Counted from the stretch's first letter, positions 34,129 to 44,429 are shown. The stretch: DNA of 64,000 bases from Occultella glacieicola (GCF_004353825.1 NZ_SMNA01000006.1:62001-126000), one strand, 5' to 3'. Numbers and translations: made by a program. Notes: generated from the letters alone by a model not told the origin.

Positions 34129-34758
34129 GTGACCACCATCGACCGGACCGTGACCACCGTCGTCTTCGACCTCGGGAACGTGCTGCTGCGCTGGGACCCG
34201 GCGGCCGTGTTCGAGGGCCGGCTCACCGATACCGAGGTCGCCGAGTTCATGGCCGCCGTCGACTTCCCGACGTTGAACCACTCCCTCGACGCCGGGCGGA
34301 CCTGGGCGCAGGCGCGGCCGGAGGTGGCCGAACGAGCCCCGGGCCACGTGCACCACATGGACGCCTACGTGCGCGACTTCGCGCGCTCGCTCGTCGGTGA
34401 GGTGCCGGGCACGGCGCAGGTCGCACGCGACCTCCTGGCTGCCGGGATCCGGGTCCTGGGCCTGACGAACTGGTCCGCCGAGACCTTCGAGCACGCCCCA
34501 CGGGCGGCGCCGGTGCTGGCCGAGTTCGAGCAGATCCTGGTCTCCGGGACCGTGGGCCTGGCGAAGCCGGATCCGGCGATCTTCCACCTGCTGATCCGCA
34601 CCACCGGGATCGTCCCGGTGCAGACGGTGTTCATCGACGACTCACCGGCGAACGTCGCCGCGGCCACCGAACTGGGTTTCCAGGCCCTGCTGTTCACCGA
34701 TGCGCCCACGTTCCGCGACGACCTGGTCGCGCGCGGTCTTGCGATCCCACGCTCCTAG
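34129..34758 (+). CDS. HAD family phosphatase
   Basis: VVFDLGNVLLRWDP, LTNWS, KPDPAIF, FIDD; RBS AGGAGG. Confidence 0.9.
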   Translation: MTTIDRTVTTVVFDLGNVLLRWDPAAVFEGRLTDTEVAEFMAAVDFPTLNHSLDAGRTWAQARPEVAERAPGHVHHMDAYVRDFARSLVGEVPGTAQVARDLLAAGIRVLGLTNWSAETFEHAPRAAPVLAEFEQILVSGTVGLAKPDPAIFHLLIRTTGIVPVQTVFIDDSPANVAAATELGFQALLFTDAPTFRDDLVARGLAIPRS

Positions 34759-34767
34759 ACTGCCCCC

Positions 34768-35727
34768 ATGCGTCTGTTGTTCGCGGGCACCCCCGCCGTC
34801 GCCCTGCCAACCCTGGCGGCCCTGCTGGACTCCGGCCACGACGTCGTCGGCGTGCTCACCCGGCCACCGGCCCCGGTGGGGCGCAAGCGCGTGATCACCC
34901 CGAGCCCGGTGCAGGTGCTCGCGCAGGAGCGCGGGGTGCCGGTGATCACCTCCGACCGGCCCCACGACGAGGCGACAATGTCAGCACTGTCGGCACTGAC
35001 CGACCTTGAGATCGACTGCGCGCCCGTGGTCGCCTACGGTGCGCTGCTGCGGGAGCCCGCACTGTCGCTGCCCCGGCACGGCTGGGTGAACCTGCACTTC
35101 TCCCTGCTGCCCGCGTGGCGTGGCGCCGCACCGGTGCAGCACGCGATCATGGCCGGGGACGACATGACCGGTGCCAGCACCTTCCGGATCGAGGCCGGTC
35201 TGGACACCGGACCCGTCTTCGGCACGCTCACCGAGCCGGTCCGCCGACGGGACACGGCCGAGGATCTGCTCGAGCGGCTCGCGCAGGCGGGGCCGGCGCT
35301 GATGCTGGCAACCCTGGACGCGATCGAGGCCGGCACCGCCCGCCCGACGCCGCAGGCGGCCGACGGGGTCAGTCTCGCGCCGCGTCTGACCAGCGCGGAC
35401 GCGCGGGTGGACTGGTCGCTGCCCGCGCTGGCGCTCGACCGGCGGATCCGGGGGTGCACGCCCGCTCCCGGTGCGTGGACCACTCGGGACGGGGAGCGAT
35501 ACAAGCTCGGACCGGTGCTGCCGGTGGTCGAGGACCCCGGCCTGGCCCCTGGACAGCTTGCGGCCGTCGACGGCGCCGTGCTCGTCGGCACCGGCTCGGG
35601 GCCGGTGCGGCTCGACGCGATCGCCCCGCCCGGGAAGGGCTGGATGGCCGCCGCGGACTGGCTGCGCGGTGCGCGGCTGCCCGCGGACGCCTCCTTCGAC
35701 CCGGTCGAGGTGGGCTCGGATGTCTGA
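34768..35727 (+). CDS. fmt: Methionyl-tRNA formyltransferase
   Basis: [32 protein letters not shown]. Confidence 0.96.
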   Translation: MRLLFAGTPAVALPTLAALLDSGHDVVGVLTRPPAPVGRKRVITPSPVQVLAQERGVPVITSDRPHDEATMSALSALTDLEIDCAPVVAYGALLREPALSLPRHGWVNLHFSLLPAWRGAAPVQHAIMAGDDMTGASTFRIEAGLDTGPVFGTLTEPVRRRDTAEDLLERLAQAGPALMLATLDAIEAGTARPTPQAADGVSLAPRLTSADARVDWSLPALALDRRIRGCTPAPGAWTTRDGERYKLGPVLPVVEDPGLAPGQLAAVDGAVLVGTGSGPVRLDAIAPPGKGWMAAADWLRGARLPADASFDPVEVGSDV

Positions 35728-37285
35728 CGGCGGACCGAACCGCGGCGGTGGCCGTGACTCGGGCGGCGCGGACCGGGAGAGCGGCAGCGGCTCAGCCGGC
35801 GAGCGGCGGGGTGGCCGGGGATCGGGCCGCCCGGCCCAGGGCCGGGGCTCCCGCGACCGGGGCCGTCGCCCTGACTCGCAGCGGACCGCGTCCCGGCCCG
35901 CGGACCGCTCCCGCGGCGGGGATCCGGCGCGGCGGGCCGCCTATGACGTGCTGCGGTCGGTCGCGGCGACGGATGCCTACGCCAACCTGGTGCTGCCCCC
36001 GGTCCTGACCGAGCGGAGGATCCGCGGTCGCGATGCCGCGTTCGCCACCGAGCTCACCTACGGCACCCTCCGACTGCAGGGCCGCTACGACGCGGTCATC
36101 GCCCACGCGGCCCAGCGCGACGTGGGCAGCCTCGACGCCGAGGTGCTCGACGTGCTGCGCCTTGGTGCCCACCAGCTCCTCGGGATGCGGGTGCCCGGTC
36201 ACGCAGCGGTCTCCGAGACCGTCGGCCTCGCCAGGGCGACCTGCGGCACCGGCCCCTCACAGCTCGTCAACGCCGTGCTGCGCCGGATCTCCGAGCGCAG
36301 CCTTCCGGAGTGGCTCGACCTCCTCGGCGCCGAGGCCGACGATGAGACCGCCCGCCTGGCCGTGACCCAGTCGCACCCGGCCTGGGTGGTCCGGGCCATG
36401 CGCTCGGCCCTGGCCCGGACCGGGCCGGGCGACGGTGACCTCGAGGCTCTCCTGGAGGCCGACAACGCCTCACCATCGGTGAACCTGGTCGTGCGGCCCG
36501 GACTCGCCGGACCCGAGGACGCGCCGGACGCGGTCCCCGGCCGGTGGGCCCCCACCGCCCTGGTGCTGCGCGGCGGCGATCCCGGCGCGATCGAGGCGGT
36601 CCGCACGGGGCGGATCGGGGTCCAGGACGAGGGCAGCCAGCTCGTGGCGCTCGCCGCCGCGGCCGTCGCCATCGAGGGCGCGGACCACACCTGGCTCGAT
36701 CTGTGTGCCGGCCCCGGCGGCAAGGCCGCGCTCTCGGCCGCACTCCTCGCCGCACGGGCCCCGGACGGCCGGTTCGTGGCGAACGAGGTCGCCGAGCACC
36801 GGGCCAGGCTGGTGGAGCGGTCGATGGCCGCGGTGCGCCAGGTGCTCCCTGGCATCGAGGTCCGCACCGGCGACGGCCGGGAGATCGGGACGAGCGAGCC
36901 CGGACGCTACGACCGGGTCCTCGTCGACGTGCCGTGTACGGGCCTCGGCGCACTCCGGAGGCGACCGGAGTCGCGATGGCGACGTTCGCCGTCGGACCTT
37001 GCGACGCTCGGCCAGCTCCAGCGAGAGTTGCTCACCTCCGCCCTCGCCGCCACCCGCGCCGGCGGGGTGGTCGCGTACGTGACCTGCTCACCGCACCTGG
37101 CCGAGACCCGGTTCGTGGTGGAGGACGTGCTCAAGCGCACCGCGGGCGCCACCCTGGTGGACGCCGTCGAGGTCCTCGCCGGGGTGAGCGCCGAGCCGCT
37201 CGGCGACCTGCGGGGCCCCTATGTGCAGCTCTGGCCGCACCGGCACGGCACCGACGCGATGTTCCTCGCCCTGATCCGGGCCTGA
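35720..37285 (+). CDS. rsmB: RsmB/NOP family 16S rRNA m5C methyltransferase
   Basis: NusB-like N-domain, [34 protein letters not shown]. Confidence 0.92.
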   Translation: MSDGGPNRGGGRDSGGADRESGSGSAGERRGGRGSGRPAQGRGSRDRGRRPDSQRTASRPADRSRGGDPARRAAYDVLRSVAATDAYANLVLPPVLTERRIRGRDAAFATELTYGTLRLQGRYDAVIAHAAQRDVGSLDAEVLDVLRLGAHQLLGMRVPGHAAVSETVGLARATCGTGPSQLVNAVLRRISERSLPEWLDLLGAEADDETARLAVTQSHPAWVVRAMRSALARTGPGDGDLEALLEADNASPSVNLVVRPGLAGPEDAPDAVPGRWAPTALVLRGGDPGAIEAVRTGRIGVQDEGSQLVALAAAAVAIEGADHTWLDLCAGPGGKAALSAALLAARAPDGRFVANEVAEHRARLVERSMAAVRQVLPGIEVRTGDGREIGTSEPGRYDRVLVDVPCTGLGALRRRPESRWRRSPSDLATLGQLQRELLTSALAATRAGGVVAYVTCSPHLAETRFVVEDVLKRTAGATLVDAVEVLAGVSAEPLGDLRGPYVQLWPHRHGTDAMFLALIRA

Positions 37286-37331
37286 ACCGCACCGGGTCCG
37301 CGAGCCCGTGCGGCGCACTACGCTCGGCCAC

Positions 37332-37997
37332 ATGGGCATCCTCATCTCTCCCAGCGTCCTGAACTCGGACCTGTCGAACCTGGCCGGTGAGGTGGACCGG
37401 ATCTCCGCCGCCGACTACGTGCACCTGGACGTCATGGACAACCATTTCGTCCCGAACCTCACGTTCGGCCTGCCCGTGGTGACCGCGCTGCTCGCACACA
37501 CCAGCCTGCCGGCGGACGTGCACCTGATGATCGAGGACCCGGACACCTGGGCGCCCGCGTTCGCCGAGGCCGGCGCGAAGTCCGTGACGTTCCACGCGGA
37601 GGCCTCCAGCGCGCCGGTTCGCCTGGCCCGCGAACTCCGCAAACTGGGGGCTCGCGCCGCGATCGCACTGAAGCCGGCCACGGGCATCGAGCCGTACCTG
37701 GACCTGCTGCCCGAGTTCGACATGGTGCTCGTGATGACCGTGGAGCCCGGGTTCGGCGGTCAGTCGTTCATCGAGGGCACGCTGCCGAAGATCCGGCGCA
37801 CCCGGGACGCGATCACGTCGCTCGGCGCCGACATCTGGGTGCAGGTGGACGGCGGTGTGTCCCGGTCCACGATCGCGATGGCCGCCGGTGCGGGGGCGAA
37901 CATGTTCGTCGCGGGGTCCGCGGTCTACTCGGCCGAGGAGCCGAACGCCGAGATCGAGGCCCTGCGTGGTCTCGCCGAGGCCGCCTACCGGGACTGA
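37332..37997 (+). CDS. rpe: Ribulose-phosphate 3-epimerase
   Basis: [35 protein letters not shown]. Confidence 0.96.
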   Translation: MGILISPSVLNSDLSNLAGEVDRISAADYVHLDVMDNHFVPNLTFGLPVVTALLAHTSLPADVHLMIEDPDTWAPAFAEAGAKSVTFHAEASSAPVRLARELRKLGARAAIALKPATGIEPYLDLLPEFDMVLVMTVEPGFGGQSFIEGTLPKIRRTRDAITSLGADIWVQVDGGVSRSTIAMAAGAGANMFVAGSAVYSAEEPNAEIEALRGLAEAAYRD

Positions 37998-38082
37998 GGC
38001 ACGAGCCCGGCCGGTCTCGGAATCCGGTCCGTCCGGGCGCCGCGCACGAACGCGGCGTGGGTGTGTCAGAATCGTGGGGCAA

Positions 38083-38215
38083 GAACGTGCTCCGGGGTCG
38101 GTGAAATTCCGAGCCGGCGGTGATAGTCCGCGACCCGGCCACTGCTCGTCAGTGGTCGGTTGACCTGGTGGAACTCCAGGACCGACGGTTAAAGTCCGGA
38201 TGGGAGGAAGCACGC
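38083..38215 (+). promoter_or_regulatory. FMN riboswitch (RFN element)
   Basis: CGGGGTCGGTGAAATTCCGAGCCGGCGGTGATAGTCCGCGA...GACCTGGTGGAACTCCAGGACCGACGGTTAAAGTCCGGATGGGAG; P1 CGTGCT/AGCACG; downstream hairpin 38263-38291 sequesters the SD AAGGAG. Confidence 0.95.
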
Positions 38216-38300
38216 GGCGTTGGGTCGATCCCGGCGTCGGCGGACGGTCGCGCGGCGCGCCGTCCTTCCCCGGGGTACGCCTGGGGAAGGAGAACGGCAG

Positions 38301-39038
38301 GTGGCCCGCGAGGATCTCGTCGCGCCCGTCGCATTCGGCGGCTTCGCACTGCTCGCCTGGCAGGGGCTGTCCTTGGTGCTCCCGGACCGGGTGCTCCCGG
38401 GCCCGACGGAGGTCGCCGCCCGCTTCGTGCTCGAGTTGCGTGAGGGCGGTCTGCTCGGTTTCGCCGGCCACACCCTCGCCGAGGCCGTGCTGGGCAGCCT
38501 GCTCGGGCTCGCCGTCGCTGTTCCACTGGGCTATCTCGTCGCCCGGTTCCGGATCGTGGCCGCTGCCATCGGCCCCTACCTCGCCGCCTCCCAGGCGATC
38601 CCGGCCGTCGCGCTGGCGCCGCTGCTGGTGGTCTGGTTCGGGTACGGCCTGCTCCCGATCGCGCTGCTGTGCGCGCTCCTGGTGTTCTTCCCGATCTTCG
38701 TCAACACGACCCTCGGGCTGAGCACCCTCGACCCGGACGTCATCGGTGCGGCGAAGGTCGACGGTGCCGGACGGTGGCGACTGCTCCTGCACATCGAGGG
38801 TCCGCTCGCGCTGCCCGCCCTGCTCGCCGGCGTCCGGAACGGCTTCGTGCTGTCCGTGACGGGTGCGGTGGTGGGCGAGTTCGTCATGGGCGGCCAGGGC
38901 CTCGGCCTGCTCCTGTCCGTGTACCGGGACCGCTCCGACATCGAAGGCATGTTCGCCGTGCTCGTCGCGCTCATCGCCCTGGCGATCAGCGTGTTCTATC
39001 TCATCCGTTCCCTCGAAAGGCGTATCCAATGGCTCTGA
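38301..39038 (+). CDS. ribX: ABC transporter permease (RibX-like riboflavin uptake)
   Basis: SsuC/TauC-type permease (QAIPAVALAPL, FFPIFVNT, EAA-like IGAAKVDGA, GAVVGEF) directly under the FMN riboswitch; ribX name inferred from that context. Confidence 0.8.
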   Translation: MAREDLVAPVAFGGFALLAWQGLSLVLPDRVLPGPTEVAARFVLELREGGLLGFAGHTLAEAVLGSLLGLAVAVPLGYLVARFRIVAAAIGPYLAASQAIPAVALAPLLVVWFGYGLLPIALLCALLVFFPIFVNTTLGLSTLDPDVIGAAKVDGAGRWRLLLHIEGPLALPALLAGVRNGFVLSVTGAVVGEFVMGGQGLGLLLSVYRDRSDIEGMFAVLVALIALAISVFYLIRSLERRIQWL

Positions 39039-40051
39039 CCGTGCCCCCCGTCCGGTCGCTCGCGGCGCTGACCGGCGCCGCCGCCCTCGCCCTGGCGCTC
39101 GGTGCCTGCGGCACCGATGAGCCCGACGGCGGAGCCCCGGATCTGCCGGGACTCACCATCGGTCTGACGTACGTCCCGAACGTCCAGTTCGCCCCGTTCT
39201 ACGTCGCGGAGCAGCGGGGGTACTTCGACGAGGCCGGAGTCGACGTCACCCTGCGGCACCACGGCGAGTCCGAGGACATCTTCGGCGCACTCGCCAGCGG
39301 CACCGAGGACGTCGTCACCGCCGGCGGTGACGAGATCCTCCAGGCCCGTTCGCTCGGCACACCCGCGGTCAGCATCGCGACCATGTACCAGGAGTACCCG
39401 GTGGCCCTGATCGTGCCGGAGGACTCCGACATCCAGTCGGGGGCGGACCTGGCCGGGCGCACCATCGGCGTGCCGGGGCCGTTCGGGGAGACCTACTTCG
39501 GCCTCCTGGCGATGCTCGACCTGGCGGGTCTGACCGCCGAGGACGTCACCATCGAGTTCATCGGCTTCACGCAGCAGAGCGCCCTGGCCGAGGAGCACGT
39601 CGACGCCGTGATGGGCTTCTCCAACAACGACATCCCGCAGTTCCGGGCGACGGGCCTGGACGTCCGCGCGGTCCCGCTGGGCCCCGACGTCCCGCTCGTC
39701 GGCATCGGCCTGGGCACCACGGATGACGTTCTAGCCGCCGAACCGGAGGCACTCACCGCGGTGATCACTGCCGTCGGGCGTGCGGTTGCCGACATCGCCG
39801 CGGAGCCCCAACTCGCCGTCGACGCGGCCCGGGAGGAGATCCCGGGCACCATGACGGCGGAGCAGGAGGCGATCAGCCTGGCCACCGTCGAGGAGACCAT
39901 CCCGCTCTACGGGGACCTCGGCGGCCCGTGGGGCCGGCAGGACGGCGGCACCTGGGAACAGATGGCGGAGTTCATGACGCAGACCGGACTGATCACCGAC
40001 CCGGTCTCAGCATCGCAGGCGCATACCAACGACCTCATCGGTGCCGAGTAG
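39029..40051 (+). CDS. ribY: ABC substrate-binding lipoprotein, NMT1/THI5-like (RibY-like)
   Basis: Lipobox LGAC, GLTYVPNVQFAPFYVA..GYF; overlaps the permease; FMN-riboswitch operon. Confidence 0.8.
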   Translation: MALTVPPVRSLAALTGAAALALALGACGTDEPDGGAPDLPGLTIGLTYVPNVQFAPFYVAEQRGYFDEAGVDVTLRHHGESEDIFGALASGTEDVVTAGGDEILQARSLGTPAVSIATMYQEYPVALIVPEDSDIQSGADLAGRTIGVPGPFGETYFGLLAMLDLAGLTAEDVTIEFIGFTQQSALAEEHVDAVMGFSNNDIPQFRATGLDVRAVPLGPDVPLVGIGLGTTDDVLAAEPEALTAVITAVGRAVADIAAEPQLAVDAAREEIPGTMTAEQEAISLATVEETIPLYGDLGGPWGRQDGGTWEQMAEFMTQTGLITDPVSASQAHTNDLIGAE

Positions 40052-40060
40052 GCTCGGGCC

Positions 40061-40324
40061 GTGAAAACCTTCGACGACCTCTTCACCGAACTGCAGGAGA
40101 AGTCCATCAGCCGCCCGGAGGGCTCGGGTACCGTCGCCCAGCTGGACGCCGGCGTGCATGGCATCGGGAAGAAGATCGTCGAGGAGGCCGCCGAGGTGTG
40201 GATGGCCGCGGAGTACCAGACCGACGCCGAGACGGCCGAGGAGATCTCCCAGCTCATCTACCACCTGCAGGTACTCATGGTCGCGAAGGGTCTGACCCCG
40301 GACGACGTGTACCGCTACCTCTGA
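40061..40324 (+). CDS. hisE: Phosphoribosyl-ATP pyrophosphohydrolase
   Basis: [32 protein letters not shown]. Confidence 0.96.
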   Translation: MKTFDDLFTELQEKSISRPEGSGTVAQLDAGVHGIGKKIVEEAAEVWMAAEYQTDAETAEEISQLIYHLQVLMVAKGLTPDDVYRYL

Positions 40325-40391
40325 GCGGGCACCCCGAACCACCGACAGTTACGCCCCGGCCGCCGGGGCACGAACCAACAAGGTTGACGAC

Positions 40392-41237
40392 GTGTTGCGA
40401 ATCGCCGTGCCGAACAAGGGCTCACTCTCCGAGCCCGCGACCCAGATGCTCCGAGAGGCGGGCTACCGCCAGCGCCGCGACGGTGGCCGTGAGCTGGTCC
40501 TTCCGGACCCGGAGAACGACGTCGAGTTCTTCTTCCTGCGACCCCGCGACATCGCGGTGTACGTGGGCGCCGGTGTGGTCGACGCCGGGATCACGGGGCG
40601 GGACCTCCTGCTGGACTCCGGTGTGGACGCCGTGGAACATCGGTCGCTCGGCTTCGCCGGCTCCACGTTCCGGTTCGCCGGTCCGGAGGGCAGCGTGCGC
40701 AGCCTCGCGGACATCGAGGGCAAGCGGGTGGCCACCTCGTACGAGGTGCTGGTCCGCAACTACCTGACCGAGCGCGGCATCACCGCCGAGGTGGTCCGTC
40801 TCGACGGCGCCATCGAGTCCACGGTCCAACTCGGTGTCGCCGACCTGGTCGCGGACGTCGTCGAGACCGGCAGCACCCTCCGGGCCGCCGGTCTGCACGT
40901 CTTCGGCGATCCGATCCTGCAGTCGGAGGCGGTGCTGATCCGGCCGAACGCGGAGCCGAAGTCCGGACTCACCGTGCTCGACCGGCGCCTGCACGGGGTG
41001 CTCGTGGCGCGCCGGTACGTGCTGATGGACTACGACTGCCCGGTCGAGAAGGTGGACGCCGCCGTGTCCATCACACCCGGCCTGGAGTCACCGACCGTCT
41101 CGCCGCTCCATCGGACCGGCTGGGCCGCGGTGCGGGCCATGGTTCCGCGGGAGCGGACGAACGCGGTGATGGACGAGCTGTACGACGTCGGCGCGCGCGC
41201 CATCATCGTCACCTCGATCACCGCGAGTCGCCTGTAG
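40392..41237 (+). CDS. hisG: ATP phosphoribosyltransferase (long form)
   Basis: [41 protein letters not shown]. Confidence 0.96.
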   Translation: MLRIAVPNKGSLSEPATQMLREAGYRQRRDGGRELVLPDPENDVEFFFLRPRDIAVYVGAGVVDAGITGRDLLLDSGVDAVEHRSLGFAGSTFRFAGPEGSVRSLADIEGKRVATSYEVLVRNYLTERGITAEVVRLDGAIESTVQLGVADLVADVVETGSTLRAAGLHVFGDPILQSEAVLIRPNAEPKSGLTVLDRRLHGVLVARRYVLMDYDCPVEKVDAAVSITPGLESPTVSPLHRTGWAAVRAMVPRERTNAVMDELYDVGARAIIVTSITASRL

Positions 41238-41250
41238 GGAGTGGCCCGCC

Positions 41251-41700
41251 ATGGCCGCCGCCGACCCCGATCCGTACGCGCCGTTCCGCCCACGGGCGAC
41301 CCGGATCGCCTGCCTGGTGATCGCGGTCTGGCTGATCACCGGCCTTGCCGTCCTCGTCGTGGTCCTGAACAGGCTGGAGGAGCCACGCCTCCCCGACCAG
41401 GTCGCGGCGGCCGTCATCGTGGCTCTGGTGTGCGCGTTCCTCGCCCGACAGGCGGGGGTCAAGGCGGTGCCCTCCGCCGACGGTCTCATGGTTCGTAACG
41501 TCTTCCTCACCCACCGGCTGGAGTGGGCCGAGATCGTCTCGGTCCGCTTCGGGGAACGCGACTGGGTGCTACTCGACCTCGCCGACGGCTCGACGCTGGC
41601 AGTGATGGCCATACAGCGCGTCGACGGCAAGCGGGGCAGAGCGGCGGCCTCGCGCCTGGCCAGTCTCGTCGCCGCCCACGAGCCCCGAGGGGGCGGGTAG
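41251..41700 (+). CDS. PH-domain membrane protein
   Basis: Two TM helices, then GLMVRNV...LEWAEI...W.LLDLADG..LAVMAIQ; usual neighbour of hisG. Confidence 0.8.
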   Translation: MAAADPDPYAPFRPRATRIACLVIAVWLITGLAVLVVVLNRLEEPRLPDQVAAAVIVALVCAFLARQAGVKAVPSADGLMVRNVFLTHRLEWAEIVSVRFGERDWVLLDLADGSTLAVMAIQRVDGKRGRAAASRLASLVAAHEPRGGG

Positions 41701-41775
41701 TCCGCCCGGTTGTAGGTCGACCGCTCCCGCTGAACGGATCGCACAACCGGGTCGTCGCACTTCTGGGGCGTGGCC

Positions 41776-41791
41776 TCGGACGCATGTTCGA
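41776..41791. promoter_or_regulatory. LexA (SOS) box
   Basis: TCGGAC-GCAT-GTTCGA, one mismatch to the actinobacterial consensus TCGAAC-N4-GTTCGA. Confidence 0.7.
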
Positions 41792-41802
41792 TTGCTGTCG
41801 TC

Positions 41803-41824
41803 ACCCTAGACCGCACCTCCGACA
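41803..41824 (-). promoter_or_regulatory. PafBC-type (RecA-NDp) DNA-damage promoter
   Basis: Minus strand TGTCGG-AGGTGCGGTC-TAGGGT = TGTCGG-N10-TAnnnT. Confidence 0.72.
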
Positions 41825-42067
41825 TCGAAAGATCCCGATTTTCGTTGTGGATGCAGGGCAATCGGGCACTCCAACCACCCCACCCAGGCGCCGAAACGCA
41901 CCCCGGATGACACCCCATCCACAGGCCGGGCCCAACCGGCCTGGCGATGTCACGTGCTGCACCCATGTCAGCGCGCTGGCAACGAGCCCCACAAGGGCAG
42001 ATGAGGAAGAGAAGGGGGACCGGCACGAGGGCGATGGGAAGGTCCTGCTCGGGAGGCTGCGAGAACC

Positions 42068-42230
42068 GCCCGGAACGAGAGTGGCCCGGAACGAGCAGCC
42101 CGGCACCAAAGAGCAGCCCGGCACCAGGGGCACCCCGGCTCAAGCGAGCGACCCGGCTCAAGTGAGCGGGCGAGCGGCACCAATGCAGGAGACCGGCACA
42201 AGGGCAGGAGGCCGGCACAAGAGCAGGAGG
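42068..42230 (+). repeat. Compound degenerate tandem repeat (16-19 bp units)
   Basis: GCCCGGAACGAG x2, GAGCAGCCCGGCACCA x2, CCCGGCTCAAGYGAGCG x2, GCAGGAGRCCGGCACAAG x2+. Confidence 0.8.
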
Positions 42231-42237
42231 ACGGGCC

Positions 42238-42260
42238 GGACCGGGTGGACACACCGGTCC
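42238..42260 (-). terminator. Hairpin downstream of the DUF3866-like gene
   Basis: GGACCGG...CCGGTCC inverted repeat 18 bp past the stop codon. Confidence 0.4.
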
Positions 42261-42277
42261 CGGCGGTCCTGCGCCCC

Positions 42278-43393
42278 TCAGCTCCCGGCGCGCACCCGCA
42301 CCGCGTGCACGCCGGCGGCCGCGGCCGCGAGGAACGATGCAGGATCCTCGACCAGGCCGCGCCCCATCGTGGACAGTCGCACCGGCGCGTCCGCGAGCGC
42401 GTCCATCAGTCCGTCGGTGCCCACCTGGACCAACCGGTGCCCGGCGGGGGCGTCCCGAAGCACCTCGGCCTGCGCGGCGACCCGCGCACCCAGCGGCGCC
42501 AGGTCGCCGTCGAACCTCGGGACGACCAGGTCCGCCGGGGCGAGCGCCACCCGGCCGTACGCCGTCAGGCTGTGATGGGAGATGCCCAGGTGCCGCTCCC
42601 GCGCGTCCGCTCCGGAGACGCGCAACGAGGCCACAGCTCGCCCGCCGAGCACCGCGACCGCATTCACCGCTTCACCAGCGCTGACACCCGAGAACCCCCA
42701 CATGGTGCCCGTCCCGAGGTTGCCCGGCCCCTGTGCGACCACCACGAGGTCTGCCGCGACGACCAGATGGGCGGCGAGCATCCCGGTGTGCACGGTGACC
42801 GCCTCAAGATCACCACCGAACGCCTGCCCGACCGTGATCGTCGCGGTGAGCCAGTCCGCGTCCCGCAGTGCCCCGATCGTCCGCGAGAACCAGGCCGGCA
42901 GCGCTCCGCCGTCGGTCATCACGTAGGCGACCCGCGGCGCCGCGAGTCCCGCCCGGGAGGCCTCCAACCGCGCCCCGGCCACGATCGCCGGCAGCGCGGA
43001 GTGCAGATCCGCGACCACGACCGGCAGGCCGGCGAGGTCGTCGGCGTCGCGCAGGACGTCGTGGTGCGCGGACTCCTGCTCGTCCACCCCGAGGACCATC
43101 GTCTGCAGCGGCGTGTACCGGGCCTTGACGATGTGTCCGGGGCCGGCGGGGGGATCGACCGGCAACCGGTCGGGCAGCGCCACCACGAGTGCATAGCCGC
43201 CGGTGCCGAGCCCGCGGGTGAGGGCCGTCGTCGTGACGGTGACCCGGTCACCGACCTCCGGTGCGCCGACCAGTTCCGGGTAGGCCAGCGCCCGGACCGC
43301 GGCCGGAGTGCCGTCGATCTCGATCTCGAGTTCGACCGCCCCGGGCCAGTTCCGGCCGAGTGAACGCACCACGCCGTCGCGCCAGTTGATCAT
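42278..43393 (-). CDS. DUF3866 family protein
   Basis: LGTGG, GHIVKARYTPLQ, DLHSALP, MTDGGALP, TVGQAFGGD, QGPGNLGTG, HLGISHHS; divergent from pafB. Confidence 0.82.
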   Translation of the reverse strand: MINWRDGVVRSLGRNWPGAVELEIEIDGTPAAVRALAYPELVGAPEVGDRVTVTTTALTRGLGTGGYALVVALPDRLPVDPPAGPGHIVKARYTPLQTMVLGVDEQESAHHDVLRDADDLAGLPVVVADLHSALPAIVAGARLEASRAGLAAPRVAYVMTDGGALPAWFSRTIGALRDADWLTATITVGQAFGGDLEAVTVHTGMLAAHLVVAADLVVVAQGPGNLGTGTMWGFSGVSAGEAVNAVAVLGGRAVASLRVSGADARERHLGISHHSLTAYGRVALAPADLVVPRFDGDLAPLGARVAAQAEVLRDAPAGHRLVQVGTDGLMDALADAPVRLSTMGRGLVEDPASFLAAAAAGVHAVRVRAGS

Positions 43394-43424
43394 CTCGGCA
43401 ACCTATCGCGACTAGCCTCGCAGT

Positions 43425-44429
43425 ATGAGTGAGCGCGTCGAACCTGCCGAGCGGCTGCTCGATCTCGTGATCGCACTGGCCAACACCCCACACCGGATGA
43501 CCAAGTCGCAGATCCGCCGGGGCGTGAACGGCTACGCGGACGCCAAGAACGACGCGGCGTTCGACCGGATGTTCGAGCGGGACAAGGACGCCCTGCGCAC
43601 CCTCGGCATTCCGATCGTCACCCTCACCGACGCAGCTCATGAGGACGACATCGGCTACCGGATCGACACCGACTCCTACGACATGCCGGCGGTGGCGTTC
43701 ACGCCCGCCGAGGTGGGGGCGCTCTCGCTCGCTGCCGAGGTCTGGCAGGACTCGACGCTGTCGGCACAGTCGCGCCGGGCCCTGACGAAGGTCCGAGCCG
43801 TCAGCGAGCTCGAGGACGCCGCCCTGCACGCCGGCCTGGCCTTGCGGGTGCGTGGCCCCGACGCCACCTTCGGCGCCCTGCTCGACGCGATCTCCGACCG
43901 GATCACGGTCCGGTTCACCTACCGCGCGGCGAACACCGGCCGCACGAAGCAGCGCATCGTCGAGCCCTGGCGCCTGTATGCCAAGGACCGCGGCTGGTAC
44001 CTCGTCGGTCACGACATCGACCGGGACGCCGAACGCGAGTTCCGGCTGTCCCGGATCGTCGGGCGGGTCAGCCGGATCGGCGAGCCCGGGAGCGTCCGGG
44101 TGCCCGATCGGGCGCGCCCGCACCGGGAGGCGCCGATCATCCGCGCCACGCTCGCGCTGCGCCCCGAGCGGGCGTCGGCGCTGCGTGCCCGCGCCGTCGA
44201 GATCGGGAGCCCGACGGCGGGGGCCGGGTCCGCACCGGCGTCACCTCAGGCGGAGGTACCCGGGCCCCCGGACCGAGACGTGATCGCCGTCGACGTCAGC
44301 GACCTGGACCTGTTCGCCGAGGAACTGGTCGGCTACGGCGACGCGGTGCTGGTCCTCGACCCGCCGCGGCTGCGCGAGGCGGTCCTGGCCCGGCTGCGTC
44401 CGGCCGCGACCCTGGGAGGGAGGTCCTGA
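43425..44429 (+). CDS. pafB: WYL-domain transcriptional activator PafB
   Basis: ERLLDLVIAL, RMFERDK..LR.LGIP, GWYLVGHD.DR...REFRLSRI. Confidence 0.88.
   Translation: MSERVEPAERLLDLVIALANTPHRMTKSQIRRGVNGYADAKNDAAFDRMFERDKDALRTLGIPIVTLTDAAHEDDIGYRIDTDSYDMPAVAFTPAEVGALSLAAEVWQDSTLSAQSRRALTKVRAVSELEDAALHAGLALRVRGPDATFGALLDAISDRITVRFTYRAANTGRTKQRIVEPWRLYAKDRGWYLVGHDIDRDAEREFRLSRIVGRVSRIGEPGSVRVPDRARPHREAPIIRATLALRPERASALRARAVEIGSPTAGAGSAPASPQAEVPGPPDRDVIAVDVSDLDLFAEELVGYGDAVLVLDPPRLREAVLARLRPAATLGGRS

Noticed and set aside
34016..34132. 38-aa Ser/Thr/Pro-rich ORF overlapping the HAD start
   Set aside because: No SD, low complexity; the HAD gene has its own AGGAGG
42068..42230. Possible CRISPR array
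   Set aside because: Units are 16-19 bp, degenerate and adjacent, with no unique spacers and no cas genes
41523..42575. ORFs across the PH-DUF3866 gap (41523-42575 +, 41507-41785 -, 41801-42133 -)
   Set aside because: Low-complexity repeat translations overlapping real genes, with no RBS or recognisable domain
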